Positions 1 to 12,891 are shown, counted from the first letter of the stretch. The stretch is 64,000 nt of DNA from Octopus vulgaris (GCA_951406725.2 OX597827.1:11408001-11472000); one strand, 5' to 3'. Numbers and translations: made by a program. The notes: generated from the sequence alone by a model not told the origin.

Positions 1-1445
1 ATCATTAAAGGCATTCCAGCCATAAGCATACCATTTTAGGAGTATGTAGGATATCTGATATCTTCTGCCCTTTTATATATCATTATATTGTATAGTTTGA
101 GGGAAATTTAGTGGTTAGTTCTAGCAGGTTAAGTGACAAAGCAGAGGCTCACTTGTGGTATTTCTCCAAGGTAAGCAGTTTTTCTTGAACTAGTTTTAAA
201 ACCCCCCACGAACCCAATTAACTGTCTTTGCAAATAACAAAGTGTTTGGAAAATCATGAACGCCTCATAAATTCCAATTATCTATAAATGTGAGACCTTG
301 TGCCAATATAAGAAATCAATATTCCTATAAATTGTTCAATAAAACTTCCATATGTCTTACAGAAACAGTTGTAGAAATGATTTATTACTTTTTCGTATTT
401 CTTATTATAAATAAATACAAATAGTAATTGCTTGCCAGGGAGGGACTTAGAAGAATTCCATGAACCTTGTTTTCAATCAAAAATGCTTCAAGGATAATAA
501 TTTTAGCAAAGCAACATCCATAAAAAAATATATGTAAATATTAAAGATGAATAAATAAGCAAATACTACTCGAATATTTTTGGAAAATTTGATAACAAGG
601 TTGGACTTTAATGAAATAACTTTTATCAAAAGAACGGAGAAATTTTATAAAAAGGCTGATTTTAATTGATCAGAAGATAAATCAATCTTTAGCCAATATC
701 AAATCATGGAAAGCATGATGGAGAGATAGAATGGCTTCTCCTGAAAATGATTTGTAAAATGTTTTATTCATATTTGAATCTAAAATTCAATTATGCAATT
801 TGAATTCTAAGATAAAATTCATTCCATGCATAATTTTTCTTAACCTTGATGAATAAATGTTAAACTGAGAAAATATTGTACAAAAGTCTAGAATTTTTCC
901 CTCTCTCATTCCTTCTCTTTCTTTACTCTTTCTGTCCACCCCCACTCCCACCCCCACTCCCACTCCCACCACTTTTTTTTTTTGGTTTCTCATTCAGTAT
1001 CTTCAACCTTTCTCATCTTTCCTATTTTTACTGAAGCGGTTTCTGTTAAATTTATGAAATGATATTAATCAGGTTTATATCCACAGTTCAAGAAGGAAAT
1101 AATATTTAATAACAAATTACAATTTCATTTGAAGTATTTCAGAACATGTGAATGCTCTTTATACACTTTTTCTTTTCTTCTTTTCTCTTCTAGCAATTTA
1201 TAGAAAAAGACTTTTTTTTTCACTCATAATTAACACAAAGATTATGAATTTCAAAAATGTGATACTAATTCCTTTAGTCAGTCCTTATATATGAGTAAAG
1301 CAGACTTAGAAGTTTTGCCATGGAATTTCACTAAAATTATTTATTCTGAAGTTGGCAGATTTAGTTTAATATTGGTTTGGTTTTTTATATACATTTGTTT
1401 TTGTCTTGCTAAAATGTTCGTTTGATTAAATACTTTATACCACCA

Positions 1446-1847
1446 CTAGCAGTATCGCCCGGCATTGCTCGGGTTTGTAAGGGAAATAACTATATAAGCA
1501 TTTTTAGAGAGTTATAGCCAAAAAATAGCAAAAAAATGCATCAAAAATGGAAAGAAAATTATGGTAAATTTTTTTTAAAATCGTTGACTCATCGTAGACA
1601 TTTTTAGAGAGTTAATTCCCTTATATAATAGCGAAAAAAATGCATTAAAATGGAAAAAAATGATGGTAAATTTTTTTTTAAATCGTAGACTCATCGTAGA
1701 CGCGCACTAATACCCAGAAGGGCTCGATATGAATCATGACTATAAGATACCTGGTTTTGGTTAAACTGCACCGCAAAATGTGGGAGTAGTTAGGAATCTA
1801 AATCGTAGGAGGCAGACAGCACACAACCTTACTTTTATATATAAAGA
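1446..1847 (-). mobile_element. Non-autonomous Helitron
   Basis: Minus strand begins TCTTTATATATAAAAG and ends CTAG, inserted between A and T with no TSD. GC-rich hairpin (cccggc-att-gctcggg, 1458-1473) lies just inside the CTAG end. Internal ~100-bp tandem duplication (1499-1598/1599-1700). Confidence 0.8.
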
Positions 1848-2341
1848 TATCTATACTTCATTTATTCTATTTATTATAGACAGTTCTTATTACATTCATT
1901 GAAATTATTTAAACACATATAAAATAGTTTATTCATCACAGGTGCAAATAGAATATCAATGTGATGGTTTTTGATAAATCCAGATTCTGGTTCCATGCCT
2001 TTGACAGAATGTGATTTTTAAAACATTATTTCCTAATTCGTATGACATATAAAGAAACTTTCCGAAGTTGTAAAGTTTATTTTATCACAAATGCTAATAG
2101 ATTGTCAATAATAAATATTTTGTAAGGAGCTAGTTCTAAAATTTCTAAATGAGATATAAGTAGTAACAATACTAGATGGTAATGCTTTTTTGCCACTATA
2201 ACATAGATGTTCCATAAAGAACTATGTCACTACATTTTAACCCTAGGAAAACGTCTTTTCCAGCTGATAAGCGACACACAATCTGTGTCTGATATATTGT
2301 GACTAAGGGAGCAAATCATTCCCCTCCAGCTTAGCAAGGCC

Positions 2342-2382
2342 AGTAGACTATGGTTTCCGGGTCTTTACCGTTCATCAGTAAT
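2342..2382 (-). ncRNA. Type I minimal hammerhead ribozyme-like motif
   Basis: Minus strand: atta-CTGATGA-a-cggt(aaag)acccg-GAAA-C-cata-G-T-C-tact. Canonical core and GUC triplet; one mismatch in stem I. Confidence 0.6.
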
Positions 2383-2429
2383 AACAAATAAATGTTTCAA
2401 TTTTTACCTACAGATTATATATTCTAGAT

Positions 2430-2648
2430 CAGTGGTTTTCAACCAGGGTTCTGTGGAACCTTAGGGTTCCGCCAGTACAGTCCAGGGGTTCCGCAAGAAG
2501 TTACAAAACTGCTAAAATCGGCAGTAATTTTTAAGTCTTCTGTGCAGATATGTGTGCATAAGACTATTAAATTATTGCACAGGGGTTCCTCGAGCCAGTG
2601 GAATGTTTCCTTGGGGTTCCGCTTCAGCAAAAAGTTCGAAAAGCACTG
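2430..2648. mobile_element. hAT (Charlie-like) MITE
   Basis: Termini CAGTGGTTTTCAAC ... GTTCGAAAAGCACTG. Exact 8-bp TSD TTCTAGAT (2422-2429, 2649-2656). Internal GGGGTTCC repeats. Confidence 0.85.
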
Positions 2649-3383
2649 TTCTAGATGATGTTAAGAAAACATACTTAATCTGTTTTCTCTTCAAAAGACA
2701 GCAGATTTCTTTCTATTGCAAATGATCATGTATTTTGAAAATGCTTTACTTTAAGTAATGACTGCAATGAAAGCGAGCAGTTGAGGAGTATCTATTCAAC
2801 ATCCACTATTCAGATGTTTGTATGAATGGAGAGATAGACAATGCATACAGTTTATCACAACACGAGCTAACTCTTGACATTTACATCTCTGTTGTTTTGC
2901 CATTGAGTAGTTCTAGTTTGCTCAGCCTGGGTAAAACCAATAACATGGTGACTTTTGCCCAAATGTTTGGTGTCATTTGCAAGTAAATTTACGACATCTT
3001 AATCTTATAGTGTTTTGATATTCCATAAGAGCATACCAAATGTGATAAGTAAACATGTCTTGTAGTTTGACTATGTTCTGATGAGTCAGTTGTTTTGGTC
3101 TAATGTAAACTTAAGCATTGCGTGAAAGTATCACCAATTCAACTTATTCTGAAAACTTATTGCTCTGCTGAAAGAAAACTTTTGTTGAATCTATAAGTGA
3201 AGATACTGTCATGAGAACAATGTTTTATTACTCAATATATTTCAAGACCAGAATGTGAATAAAATAAACGTAAGTCTTCAGGTCAGTTTTCAAATCTAAT
3301 TCTTCAATTCCAAGCTCACTCTTGAAATACTCTGATTTACAATTAAGTGGTGTAGAACATATGACTAGAGGTCATTCATTTAA

Positions 3384-3865
3384 CCCTTTAGCATTCAGTT
3401 TTGTTTGTCAAATGTATTGCTTATTTATTTACATTGTTTTGAATTAATCACACGTTATTTTGTAGCTTCTGTGGGATGACGTCAGCAGCTGGGTGCATTG
3501 ACCGGAAGTTGGGGCAACCGGAAGGGGCAGCCGCGAGGTGCTCGCAGAGAGCGGCGATTTCGGCCTTTCGAACGAGGGTCGTCGAGGTGTTAAGACGTGT
3601 GAAGACGTTGCTAAGGTTGGGTGAAGCAGCTGCTATCTTTAGCGTTCGGGTCGGGGCTGTGACGAAGGATCCGTTACCACTGAAGGGTCTCTATCAGAGC
3701 GAAGAGAAGGTAGGTGCCTTTATATTCGAATCTTGCACACACCACAGCTTCAAGATTTCAATGGTGTGATTGTATATTTTCAGAATTGTATTTTAGGGCA
3801 GGTTTGAGAGTTTAGATCATGTGGAATATTTGGGGCTGAATATGGTCAGATTAAATGCAAAAGGG
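3384..3865. mobile_element. piggyBac-like MITE (TTAA TSD), interrupted by a solo LTR
   Basis: TTAA|CCCTTTAGCATT ... AATGCAAAAGGG|TTAA. Body similar to 45714-45931 and 14517-14706. Confidence 0.75.
3470..3746. mobile_element. Solo LTR of an LTR retrotransposon
   Basis: GC/CpG-rich 277-bp island with TGTGG...CCACA termini and a perfect 5-bp TSD GCTTC (3465-3469, 3747-3751). Confidence 0.85.
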
Positions 3866-3914
3866 TTAAAATAAATTAGTCAGTTGTGTTCATGAGAAAC
3901 TTATCGTCTAAATA

Positions 3915-4334
3915 CTCTCTTTACTCTTTTACTCTTTTACTTGTTTCAGTCATTTGACTGCGGCCATGCTGGAGCACCGCCTTTAATCGAGCAACTCGAC
4001 CCCGGGACTTATTCTTTTGTAAGCCCAGTACTTATTCTATCGGTCTCTTTTGCTGAACCGCTAAGTAACGGGGACATAAACACACCAGCATCGGTTGTCA
4101 AGCAATGCTAGGGGGACAAACACAGACACACAAGCACACACACATACACACATATAAATATATATATACATATATACGACAGGCTTCTTTCAGTTTCCTG
4201 AATCCACTCACAAGGCATTGGTCAGCCCGGAGCTATAGTAGAAGACACTTGCCCAAGATGCCACGCAGTGGGACTGAATCCGGAACCATGTGGTTGGTTA
4301 GCAAGCTACTTACCACACAGCCACTCCTGCGCCT
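3915..4334 (-). mobile_element. SINE family A (tRNA-like head, CORE-like CTTGGGCAAGT segment, internal TA/CA microsatellite, conserved tail ending in (GAGTAAAA)n)
   Basis: Near-identical to copies at 8046, 22634, 31781 and 55082. A/B-box-like TGGCTGTGTGG and GGTTCAGTCCC. Confidence 0.85.
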
Positions 4335-5224
4335 ATAATTATGGTCTAAATATTATCTTTTTTTTCAAAATTATTAGTGATGTCATCAAAAAATATATTT
4401 TAACATTTCTAAAGTGGATGGATATTTAATTTAAGTTGATGGAAAGGGTGACAACTATAAAATTTTAGTTGAACAAGCAACAAAAGAAAGAAAAGGAAAG
4501 AAAGCAAAATATTTCTGATTATTTATATACAAGAAGAATGAATTTCAAAACTGAACAACAGATTCTGTAATATTGGTATCAAACCAAAGACGAAGTCACA
4601 TGAAGTTTTGAATGACAAATCACAGTGCAACCAACTTAAAAAGCTGTATTCCACTCTGATGGAGGATAGAGGAATGATCTAATTGGAGAATAATTTAAAC
4701 TTCAATTCAAAATTTCATGACGATGTACACATCCAACTTGCAACACAGGAACATAACAATTATGTTGTAAAGTCAAGTTATTCACAAGTTATTCAAAGTC
4801 AGAATTCTTTGTTAAAAACTAAAATGAGAAAAATGATGTATATGAAATGTACATTGTTTTTGTTTTTTGTTGATATATATATATTTTTTTTTTGGTTCTT
4901 CTTCTCCTTTCTTCATTATCCCCATCAATAACATCTCCAAAATCGTCATCTTTACAAACATTATATGTATGCATGTTTATGTATGTATATAATTTATGCA
5001 TGTGTGTGTATGTGTATGTGTAGATGTCTGTATATATGTATGTATGTATGTGTGTGTATGTATATATGTATGTATGGATGGATGTATGGATGTATCAGTT
5101 TATGAAAGATAAATGATAGAATTTTCTGGTGCTACTGCATGTTTTTGGTGTTGCAGTTTCAATGATAAATGTATCAATTATGAAATGCCTACTGTCCCAG
5201 AGTGTGTGTATATATATACATATA

Positions 5225-5283
<59 letters not shown>

Positions 5284-5331
5284 TTTGTGAGACTTTTAGT
5301 TTCCCAATAGAGTTGACATATAGATCAGCTG

Positions 5332-5438
5332 CTTTGACAATATTTTCATCTTTTACCAGAAGAAATGCTTTTCATTGTATGTATATATCAGTGCTTTGAC
5401 AATATTTTCATCCTTTACCAGAAGAAATGTTTTCATTG

Positions 5439-5448
<10 letters not shown>
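5332..5448. repeat. ~60-bp tandem duplication
   Basis: ctttgacaatattttcatc(t/c)tttaccagaagaaatg(c)ttttcattgtatgtatatat occurs twice. Confidence 0.85.
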
Positions 5449-5469
<21 letters not shown>

Positions 5470-5753
5470 GATCATCAATAAAGTCAGGAAAATTGTTCCG
5501 TGATATGCAATATTTTATGTTTCTCTTTCATTTTTGTTTCCGGAGTCCATTACATGTTATGGGAAGCATAGATTTGTATTTCTGAGCTGCTTCTGGTCGT
5601 GAGAGACAAACATGTTGCTGGCTGAAAAATACCAAAAGAAATAAATGTGAGTTGAATTATTTTGTAAGGGAAAATCGTATTACAAATCTATAACAGACAT
5701 GAAAGATCATTCAGAAACTGTATAAAAATGTTTGACTAGCATTCTGTTGGTTA

Positions 5754-5754
<1 letters not shown>

Positions 5755-5812
<58 letters not shown>

Positions 5813-5938
5813 TGTTCGTGTGTGAGTGCATGTGTGTGTGAGTGTATGTGTATGTGTGTGTGTGTGAGTGCGTGTGTGTGTGTGCTGAGTGTGTGCATGA
5901 GTGTGTGTGCGTGTGTGTGTGTGTGTGAGTGCATGTGT

Positions 5939-5972
<34 letters not shown>

Positions 5973-6072
5973 GTGCGTGTGTGTGAGTGTGTGTGTGTGT
6001 GAGTGTGTGTGTGTGAGTGTGTGTGTGTGAGTGTCAGTGAGTGTGTAAGTGTGTGAGTGTGTGTGTGTGTGT
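5755..6072. repeat. (TG)n microsatellite, interrupted
   Basis: Direct reading. Confidence 0.95.
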
Positions 6073-6819
6073 CAGTCAATCTGTCTATCTAGCTGTCTTT
6101 CTATCTGTCTATTTATCCATCACTCTCTCTCCCCTTCTCTCTCTCAATACACAAACACACACACATACTTATGCATACATATATACATACCTACATACAC
6201 AAACACACATGCAAACACAGACACAGGTACACATACACACACACTCACGCATACACACACTCACATGTATATGATTTTTTCCGATGCATAAGCTGTGTAG
6301 TTTATAAAACTGCATGAGAGAAAAGTTTATTATAAAGTAAGTATATAGGTTTAGGATGGTGAGAATAATAACAGAGGATGGTAGAGTTGATAAAATTATA
6401 TAAGAAAAATAATATAGACCCAAACATACAGGTAGAAACGATGTTATATCCAATATATTAACTGTGTAAAGTGTAAAAAACCAAGAAGAGGATGGGTCGT
6501 ATTGAACATGCTTTGTTGATAGGGTGGGTAAAAGAGCATTTAATATAGAGATGGATTTGAAATGAATTCTTCTAATACTTATACAAAACAGAAAGGCTGA
6601 GAAAAGGGAAGAATGAGAAATGAGTGTATATGTGTATCAGGGAAGCATGGTCTCTTTGTCAAGCCTAGAAGAGCCTGGAAAAATGTTTATTGTTAGGCAA
6701 AATTATAATTCTGGAATTGATTTAACAGAATGATGGTGGGGTCGATAGAATTAAAGCTTAAAGATAAATAACTTAAAATACCAATATCCAGGTAGAGAGG
6801 ATGTTATATTTGGCATATT

Positions 6820-7160
6820 GATTTCAAATTTTAGCACAAGGTCAGTAATTCGATTACATTGACCCCAGGATGAAAGGCAAAATAAATATCGGTGCTATTT
6901 GAACTCAGAACATAATGCTGGTAGAAATTCCGCTAAGCATTTTGTCCAGTATGGTAATGATACTGCAAGCTCACCTCCACTGTTACATTTAATATCTTGA
7001 TTTCTAATTTTGGCAGAAGGCCAACAATTTGGGGGGCGGGGAAAGTCGATTTCACTGACCCCAGTACATCAAAATAATGTAAAGTATAGTCAACCTTAGT
7101 GGAATTTAAACTCAGAATGTATAGACAGACTAAATGTCACTAATCATTTTGCACACCCAC
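6820..7160 (-). mobile_element. Two degenerate SINE family B copies
   Basis: gaccccag...gatgaaaggcaaa...tttgaactcagaa motifs, reverse of the 15885 copy. Confidence 0.6.
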
Positions 7161-7219
7161 ACACAGATATATACATCTCTCTCTCTCTCTCTCTCTTGCT
7201 CTCTCTATATGTGTATGTA

Positions 7220-7690
7220 TGTATGTATCTGTATATATATAGATACTCGTTCGGCTTAACAGCCCTTCTTGTCTTGTTATTCTTCTTGTCCTGTCTTTTA
7301 CTGTTTATATTTTGTACTGTCGTTACTGTCCCTGTTTTTGTTACCATTTTTACCCCTCCGCAAAAAGATATCAAATTTTATTTAATTTGATTTTCGCGGT
7401 AAGGAAAGTTTCGATCGAAGATGTGTATCGCCTTCACCTTCGAAACGTAGAGTAGATGAAACCATGGCGACTGAAGAAGGGGAATTTTCTTTGTGTTATT
7501 TGTCCTGTACTATATTTTTTCGTTGTTTAAGAAAAATGTCCAGTTCCTTGGTTTTGTGTTTATGTTTTCGTTTCTCATTGTGTTCGACGTTTTTTTGGTG
7601 TCCTGTACCCATATATGCATGTATATATACATGTAGAGGTAGGTACGTACATATATGTATGTATATATGCATATGTTTTATTTATTAATT
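7220..7690 (+). mobile_element. TA-embedded Penelope-like non-autonomous element with degenerate hammerhead (7408-7462)
   Basis: gtttc(g)atc-GAAGA...cttc-GAAA-cgtagagt-a-gatgaaac, followed by CTGAAGAAGGGG. 3' part shared with 53356-53512 and 24695-24720. Flanked by TA tracts. Confidence 0.55.
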
Positions 7691-7770
7691 TATATATATA
7701 TGTGTGTGTGTGTTTGTGTGTGTGTATGAATATATGTATGTATATATGTATGTATATATATATGTGTATG

Positions 7771-7804
<34 letters not shown>

Positions 7805-8045
7805 TATATATGTATGCATGTATGTATAGATGTGTGTGTGTCTTTATATATATATATATATGTTACGTGACAGACGTCTTTGTTTCCAACTACCAAATCA
7901 ACTCACAAGGCTTTGGTTGACTTGGAACTAGCCATAGTAGAAGACATTCACCCAAGGTACCGCCACACAATGGGTCTGAACCCAGAACAATGTGGTTGGA
8001 AAGCAAATTCTAACCACACAGCCACGACATATAATTTTCACTCCT

Positions 8046-8223
8046 AGGCGCAGGAGTGGCTGTGTGGTAAGTAGCTTGCTAACCAGCCACGTGGTTCCGG
8101 GTTCAGTCCCACAGCGTGGCATCTTGGGCAAGTGTCTTCTGCTATAGCCCCGGGTCGACCAATGCCTTGTGAGTGGATTTGGTAGACGGAAACTGAAAGA
8201 AGCCTGTCGTATATATGTGTATG

Positions 8224-8254
<31 letters not shown>

Positions 8255-8456
8255 TTGTGTGGTCTGTGTTTGTCCCCCTAGCATTGCTTGACAACCGATG
8301 CTGGTGTGTTTACGTCCCCGTTACTTAGCGGTTCGGCAAAAGAGACTGATAGAATAAGTACTGGGCTTACAAAGAATAAGTCCCGGGGTCGACTTGTTCA
8401 ACTAAAGGCGGTGCTCCAGCATGGCCGCAGTCAAATGACTGAAACAAGTAAAAGAG
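8046..8456 (+). mobile_element. SINE family A, full length
   Basis: ggcgcaggagtggctgtgtggtaag ... gactgaaacaagtaaaagag. Confidence 0.9.
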
Positions 8457-8991
8457 TATTGGTATTGTAGTGATTATATGTTTTGGCATGTCACCTTATG
8501 CTACATTAGTCTGTAGAATTTATCTTCCTGATGTTGTTTCAGGATTTGATCAGTTTTTGCAGTAAACCTTCATAATGTCTCCTTTTATTTGTCTCCGCTT
8601 TGGCACCAGTCAGCTGCAGCTATTTCTTCATCCTGTTATCCAAATCTATTCATCAGTTTTAAATCTCATATCCTCCTCACATACTAAATTCCTCTTCTTC
8701 ATCTATTACTTTAAATGCTTTTCATTCTAAGAACTTAAGGTAATCTATGGATTCCTATTGTATTTCTATGTTTCATATGATCCTATTCTGTAGCAAAGAT
8801 GTAAACAATGAAAAAGCAAGAATATGATATTCTCATTCTTTCACATAACAAAATATCATATAATGCATTCAAGAATATCACCCAAAGCATTTTTCAAACA
8901 AGCTCAGGACCACAGTATCTCTTCAGAATATATATAACAAGATATTGTATGACACTTCCAGAAAACGAGAAAGAATTTTCACAATATATAT

Positions 8992-9401
8992 ACTCTTTAC
9001 TCTTTACTTGTTTCAGTCATTTGACTGCGGCCATGCTGGAGCACTGCCTTTAGTCGAATAAAATCGACCCCAAGACTTATTCTCTGTAAGCCTAGTACTT
9101 ATTCTATCGGTCCCTTTTGCCGAACCGCTAGGTTACGGGGACCTAAACACACCAGCATCGGTTGTCAAGCGATGTTGGGGCGACAAACACAGATACACAA
9201 CATATACTCACACATACATATATACATACATATATATACGACGGGCTTCTTTCAGTTTCCATCTACCAAATCCACTCACAAGGCTTTGGTTGACCCAAAG
9301 ATATAGTAGAAGACACTTGTTCAAGGTGCCATGCAGTGGGACTGAACCCAGAATCATGTGGATGGTAAACAAGCTACTTACTACACAGCCACTCCTGCGC
9401 T
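8992..9401 (-). mobile_element. SINE family A, full length
   Basis: Reverse complement of 8046-8456. Confidence 0.88.
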
Positions 9402-9469
9402 TATATGTTACCAAATATTTTTTTCAACTATTTCATTTTATACATTATATTAATCATTCATATTCTCAC

Positions 9470-9777
9470 ATAGCTTCTAACACTGGAGATATACTACAGT
9501 GTCAGCTGTTCACTACCAGTGAACTAAGGTAACACCTCTTATTTTTCGAGTACCTTCTGGAGTATTCGAGCGGTTCCAAGCAGTGCTGTTTTCTGCAAGT
9601 GCTCCACCCTTATTGCAGCCCCTATCTGTTCCACGTACTTCTCGAGATTTTTTTGCTCACTGTTCCCAGGGCCCCAACAATTATTGGTATTACTGCTACC
9701 TTTTTCATTGACCACAACCGCTTAACTTCCCAAGCTAACATGTCATATCTCTCAACTTTTCTTTCTTCCTTATCTGA
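9470..9777 (-). pseudogene. 3' fragment of an R4/Dong-type non-LTR retrotransposon (REL endonuclease C-terminus plus 3' UTR), family 1
   Basis: Minus translation EERKVERYDMLAWEVKRLWSMKKVAVIPIIVGALGTVSK/NLEKYVEQIGAAIRVEHLQKTALLGTARILQKVLEK*, with a frameshift in an A-run and stop at 9539-9541. Abuts (TTA)n. Confidence 0.8.
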
Positions 9778-9789
9778 TTATTATTATTA

Positions 9790-9830
<41 letters not shown>

Positions 9831-9931
9831 GCCTTTGCACGGCTTCTAACACTGGAGATGTATTACAGTGTCAGCCGCTCACCACCAGTGAACCAAGGTA
9901 ACACCTCTCATCCTTTGAGCACCCTCCGGAG
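9831..9931 (-). mobile_element. Very short 3' end of R4/Dong family 1 between (TTA)n arrays
   Basis: Matches 9474-9560 (gcttctaacactggagat...aaggtaacacctc). Confidence 0.75.
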
Positions 9932-9932
9932 G

Positions 9933-9968
<36 letters not shown>

Positions 9969-9976
9969 GTTATTAT

Positions 9977-10540
9977 ATGTTTGACTTTTGCTTTACATTT
10001 GCACAAGCCGGCTCCAAGTCTCACCCAGAGACCTCAAGAGACAACAAGTTAGAAGATTATGTTGGTGTAATGCCTAGGGTGTCATATATTTGGTTTTGCA
10101 CAAAGTATTGTTCCAGAGAATGTTAAAGAAAACAAGAAAATTATGAGTTTGTTTTAAAATTTGAGATTACATAGAAAGTATTTTACATAGGATATGAGCA
10201 GTTCCCATGAGCACTATCTTTTGAATTTCTGCCATTTTGGGGTTTCCTGGTATCTGAGCTAGGTAGCAATCAGCCCATTTTGCTATCATTCCTAAGGCAC
10301 CTATGACAACAGGTATTGTTTTAGTTTTCAGGTTCCACATTTTACCGATTTCTATTTCAAGATCTTTATATTTGCTTAGTTTTTGGTAGGTCTTGACAGA
10401 TACAGATATATCGATTGGAACAGTCATCTCAATGAGGAGGCATGATTTTTGTCGGAAGTCTTTCAGTATAATGTCTGGCCTATTTGCATCTATCTTTCTG
10501 TCAGTTTGAATGGTGAAGTTCCAGAGAAGTGAGATGTAAT
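9977..10540 (-). pseudogene. 3' fragment of R4/Dong-type LINE, family 2 (REL endonuclease domain plus 3' UTR)
   Basis: LWNFTIQTDRKIDANRPDIILKDFRQKSCLLIEMTVPID...KLSKYKDLEIEIGKMW...PVVIGALG...QKIVLMGTAHIL (stop 10167-10169). PD..(D/E) restriction-like endonuclease motif. 3' end runs into (TAA)n. Confidence 0.88.
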
Positions 10541-10617
10541 CAAGTACTGTGGATTGATGTAATCAACTATTGACTTCCCCAAATTTCAGACCTTCTGCCT
10601 ATAGCAGATAGGATTAC

Positions 10618-10656
<39 letters not shown>

Positions 10657-10677
10657 CATTATTATTATTATTAATAA

Positions 10678-10890
10678 GGTGGTGAGCTGGCAGAATTGTT
10701 AGTCCACTGAGTATAATGCTTAGTGGCATTTCATCCATCTTTATGTTCTGAGTTCAAATTCTGCTGAGGTCGACTTTACCTTTCATCCTTTTGAGGGTCA
10801 ATTAATTAAGTACCAGTGAAACACTGGGGTCGAAGTAAATCGCCTGGTCCCCTACCCACAAATTTCAGGCCTTGTGCCTATAGTAGAAAA
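10678..10890 (+). mobile_element. SINE family B (ggtggtgagctggcagaa head; gcctttcatcct...ggtcgat...aagtaccag central domain)
   Basis: Same motifs as the 15885, 42716 and 50773 copies. The central domain resembles the Meta/MESC-type SINE domain (recalled, not searched). Confidence 0.75.
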
Positions 10891-10950
<60 letters not shown>

Positions 10951-10958
10951 GTAGTTGT

Positions 10959-10990
<32 letters not shown>

Positions 10991-11202
10991 ACACATACAT
11001 AAACATTTTAAAGCTTTTGTTGTTTTTATTATTTGCTTCCAACATGAAATAACCTCAACCATTTTTCTTTAAAAAGTTCAAATTTTGTTTTTTATTTTTA
11101 AACTTTCTTTTCTCTGCCATAATCAGCTCCAGGTGTACAGTTGCCACAATCTTGTTACCCTGTTTTCATAGTGAAACAGAAAATACTGTTCTATCATCAT
11201 CA

Positions 11203-11249
<47 letters not shown>

Positions 11250-11510
11250 GTCTTTTTTTTTAAGTTAAATTAAAATACATGGATAGTAATAGTTCTCACA
11301 TCGACAATGCTCTTCTCAATACGTGTGATGTACCAGTTAAGACAATCTTTTGCACTTTTTGCAGGGATGATAAGCCAGGGATCATTCTCATATAATTTTC
11401 GGTTCCCTTCTTGATCATTCCTAGTGCTCCTACGATCACTGGTATTGTAACTGCCTTGAGATGCCACATTTTCTCAATTTCAATGAGCAGGTCTTTATAT
11501 TTTCTGAGCT
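11250..11510 (-). pseudogene. 3' fragment of R4/Dong-type LINE, family 3
   Basis: LRKYKDLLIEIEKMWHLKAVTIPVIVGALGMIKKGTENYMRMIPGLSSLQKVQKIVLTGTSHVLRRALSM* (stop 11296-11298). (TTA)n arrays on both sides. Confidence 0.85.
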
Positions 11511-11540
11511 TATTATTATTATTATTATTATTATTATTGA

Positions 11541-11609
<69 letters not shown>

Positions 11610-12121
11610 TATTATTTTCTTTTTTCTTTTAACCAAAGCATCCACTATAATGAAGTAAATGTCTGATTTTGTTCTTTTAGTGTAAATGAAAAATGAAACT
11701 AGAGATAGTGACTTACTTTGAAATATTGTGTCTTTTTCCCTTTATTATATAATATATTAGCTGGGAGCAGAGTAAAAGACATTGATGACTATTTCCAGGC
11801 AATATCTTTCAAACAAACACTATTCATCTTCTCTTAAAAGCTCTCTCAGTTGGCCGCTAATCTCACTTTTTTTTTTATTTCCATTATTTTTATTATTGTT
11901 TTTAGTGTTGTTGTTGCTGTTGTTGTTGCTATTGTTGTTGTTGTGGTTGTTGTTGTTGTTGTTGTTATTTGTTTTGCTTTATTTATTGCCACAATAAATC
12001 AAACTATAGTCTTCAGAATAAAACTCAATGTTTTTACAACAGGAAGAGAAAGAAAAAAATAAAAGAAAAGAGAAGAAACTGAAGTATGATGATGATGATG
12101 ATGATAATAATAATAATAATA

Positions 12122-12153
<32 letters not shown>

Positions 12154-12891
12154 AATAAAGAAGAGGAAAAAATAAATATACGTACATGAAGAAATAAACA
12201 AACAAGTTTTCTTCCCCCACACCCTCATCTCTTGCTAAGAATAAGGTTGTTTTTTTTTATTTTGAGAAAAAAAAAGTTCTGTTTTAAAAAAAAATATTTT
12301 GTTTGGAGAAAACTATCAGAGAGATAAATGGGAGCAGAGGAGACAGGGTGAGGGCAGGAAAGGGTTGTGTGTGTGTATGTGTGTGTGGGGGTGGGTGGCT
12401 GGAGGGGGTTATGCATGAAGACTTATATGAAATGTATTGCTGAAGTAAGTTTTGATGAAAGAAAAATAATAAAAAATATTTTAAAAATATATTGATATTC
12501 TGATTATCATTGTTATTATTATCTTTATCATCATCATCAGCATCAGCATCATCATTATTATTATCATTATCATTATCATCATTGTTGTATTGTTGTTGTT
12601 GTTGTTGTTGTTGTCATTATTATTATTACCATTAACTTTATTAGTATTATTAAAATTTTTTTTTCATTTGGTTTATTCAGGCCAGACATGAAATGGTTTG
12701 AGGGTTTGAGAGAAAAAAAATTTTGTTGTTTTTGTCATTTCATCATCATCATCATCATCATCATCTTATCATTGTTGCTGTTGTTGTTGTTATATTATTC
12801 AAAAGCTGTTACATGTTAATTTATTTACAAGAGATGTTACTTTGTGGTTTGGTGACAAGTTCCATGAAATTTCGACAATCTTTTGTTTCAG

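Noticed and set aside
3078-3100. CTGATGAG hammerhead half-core (also CTGATGA at about 26548)
   Set aside because: No downstream stem II/GAAA/UH or closing stem I.
3476-3769. 97-aa GC-rich ORF
   Set aside because: It lies almost entirely within the solo LTR, crosses its boundary and has no recognisable domain.
4105-4338. Recurring ORF 'MLGGQTQ...RQASFSF...GTMWLVSKLLTTQPLLRL'
   Set aside because: It is the antisense reading of SINE family A and recurs only because the SINE does.
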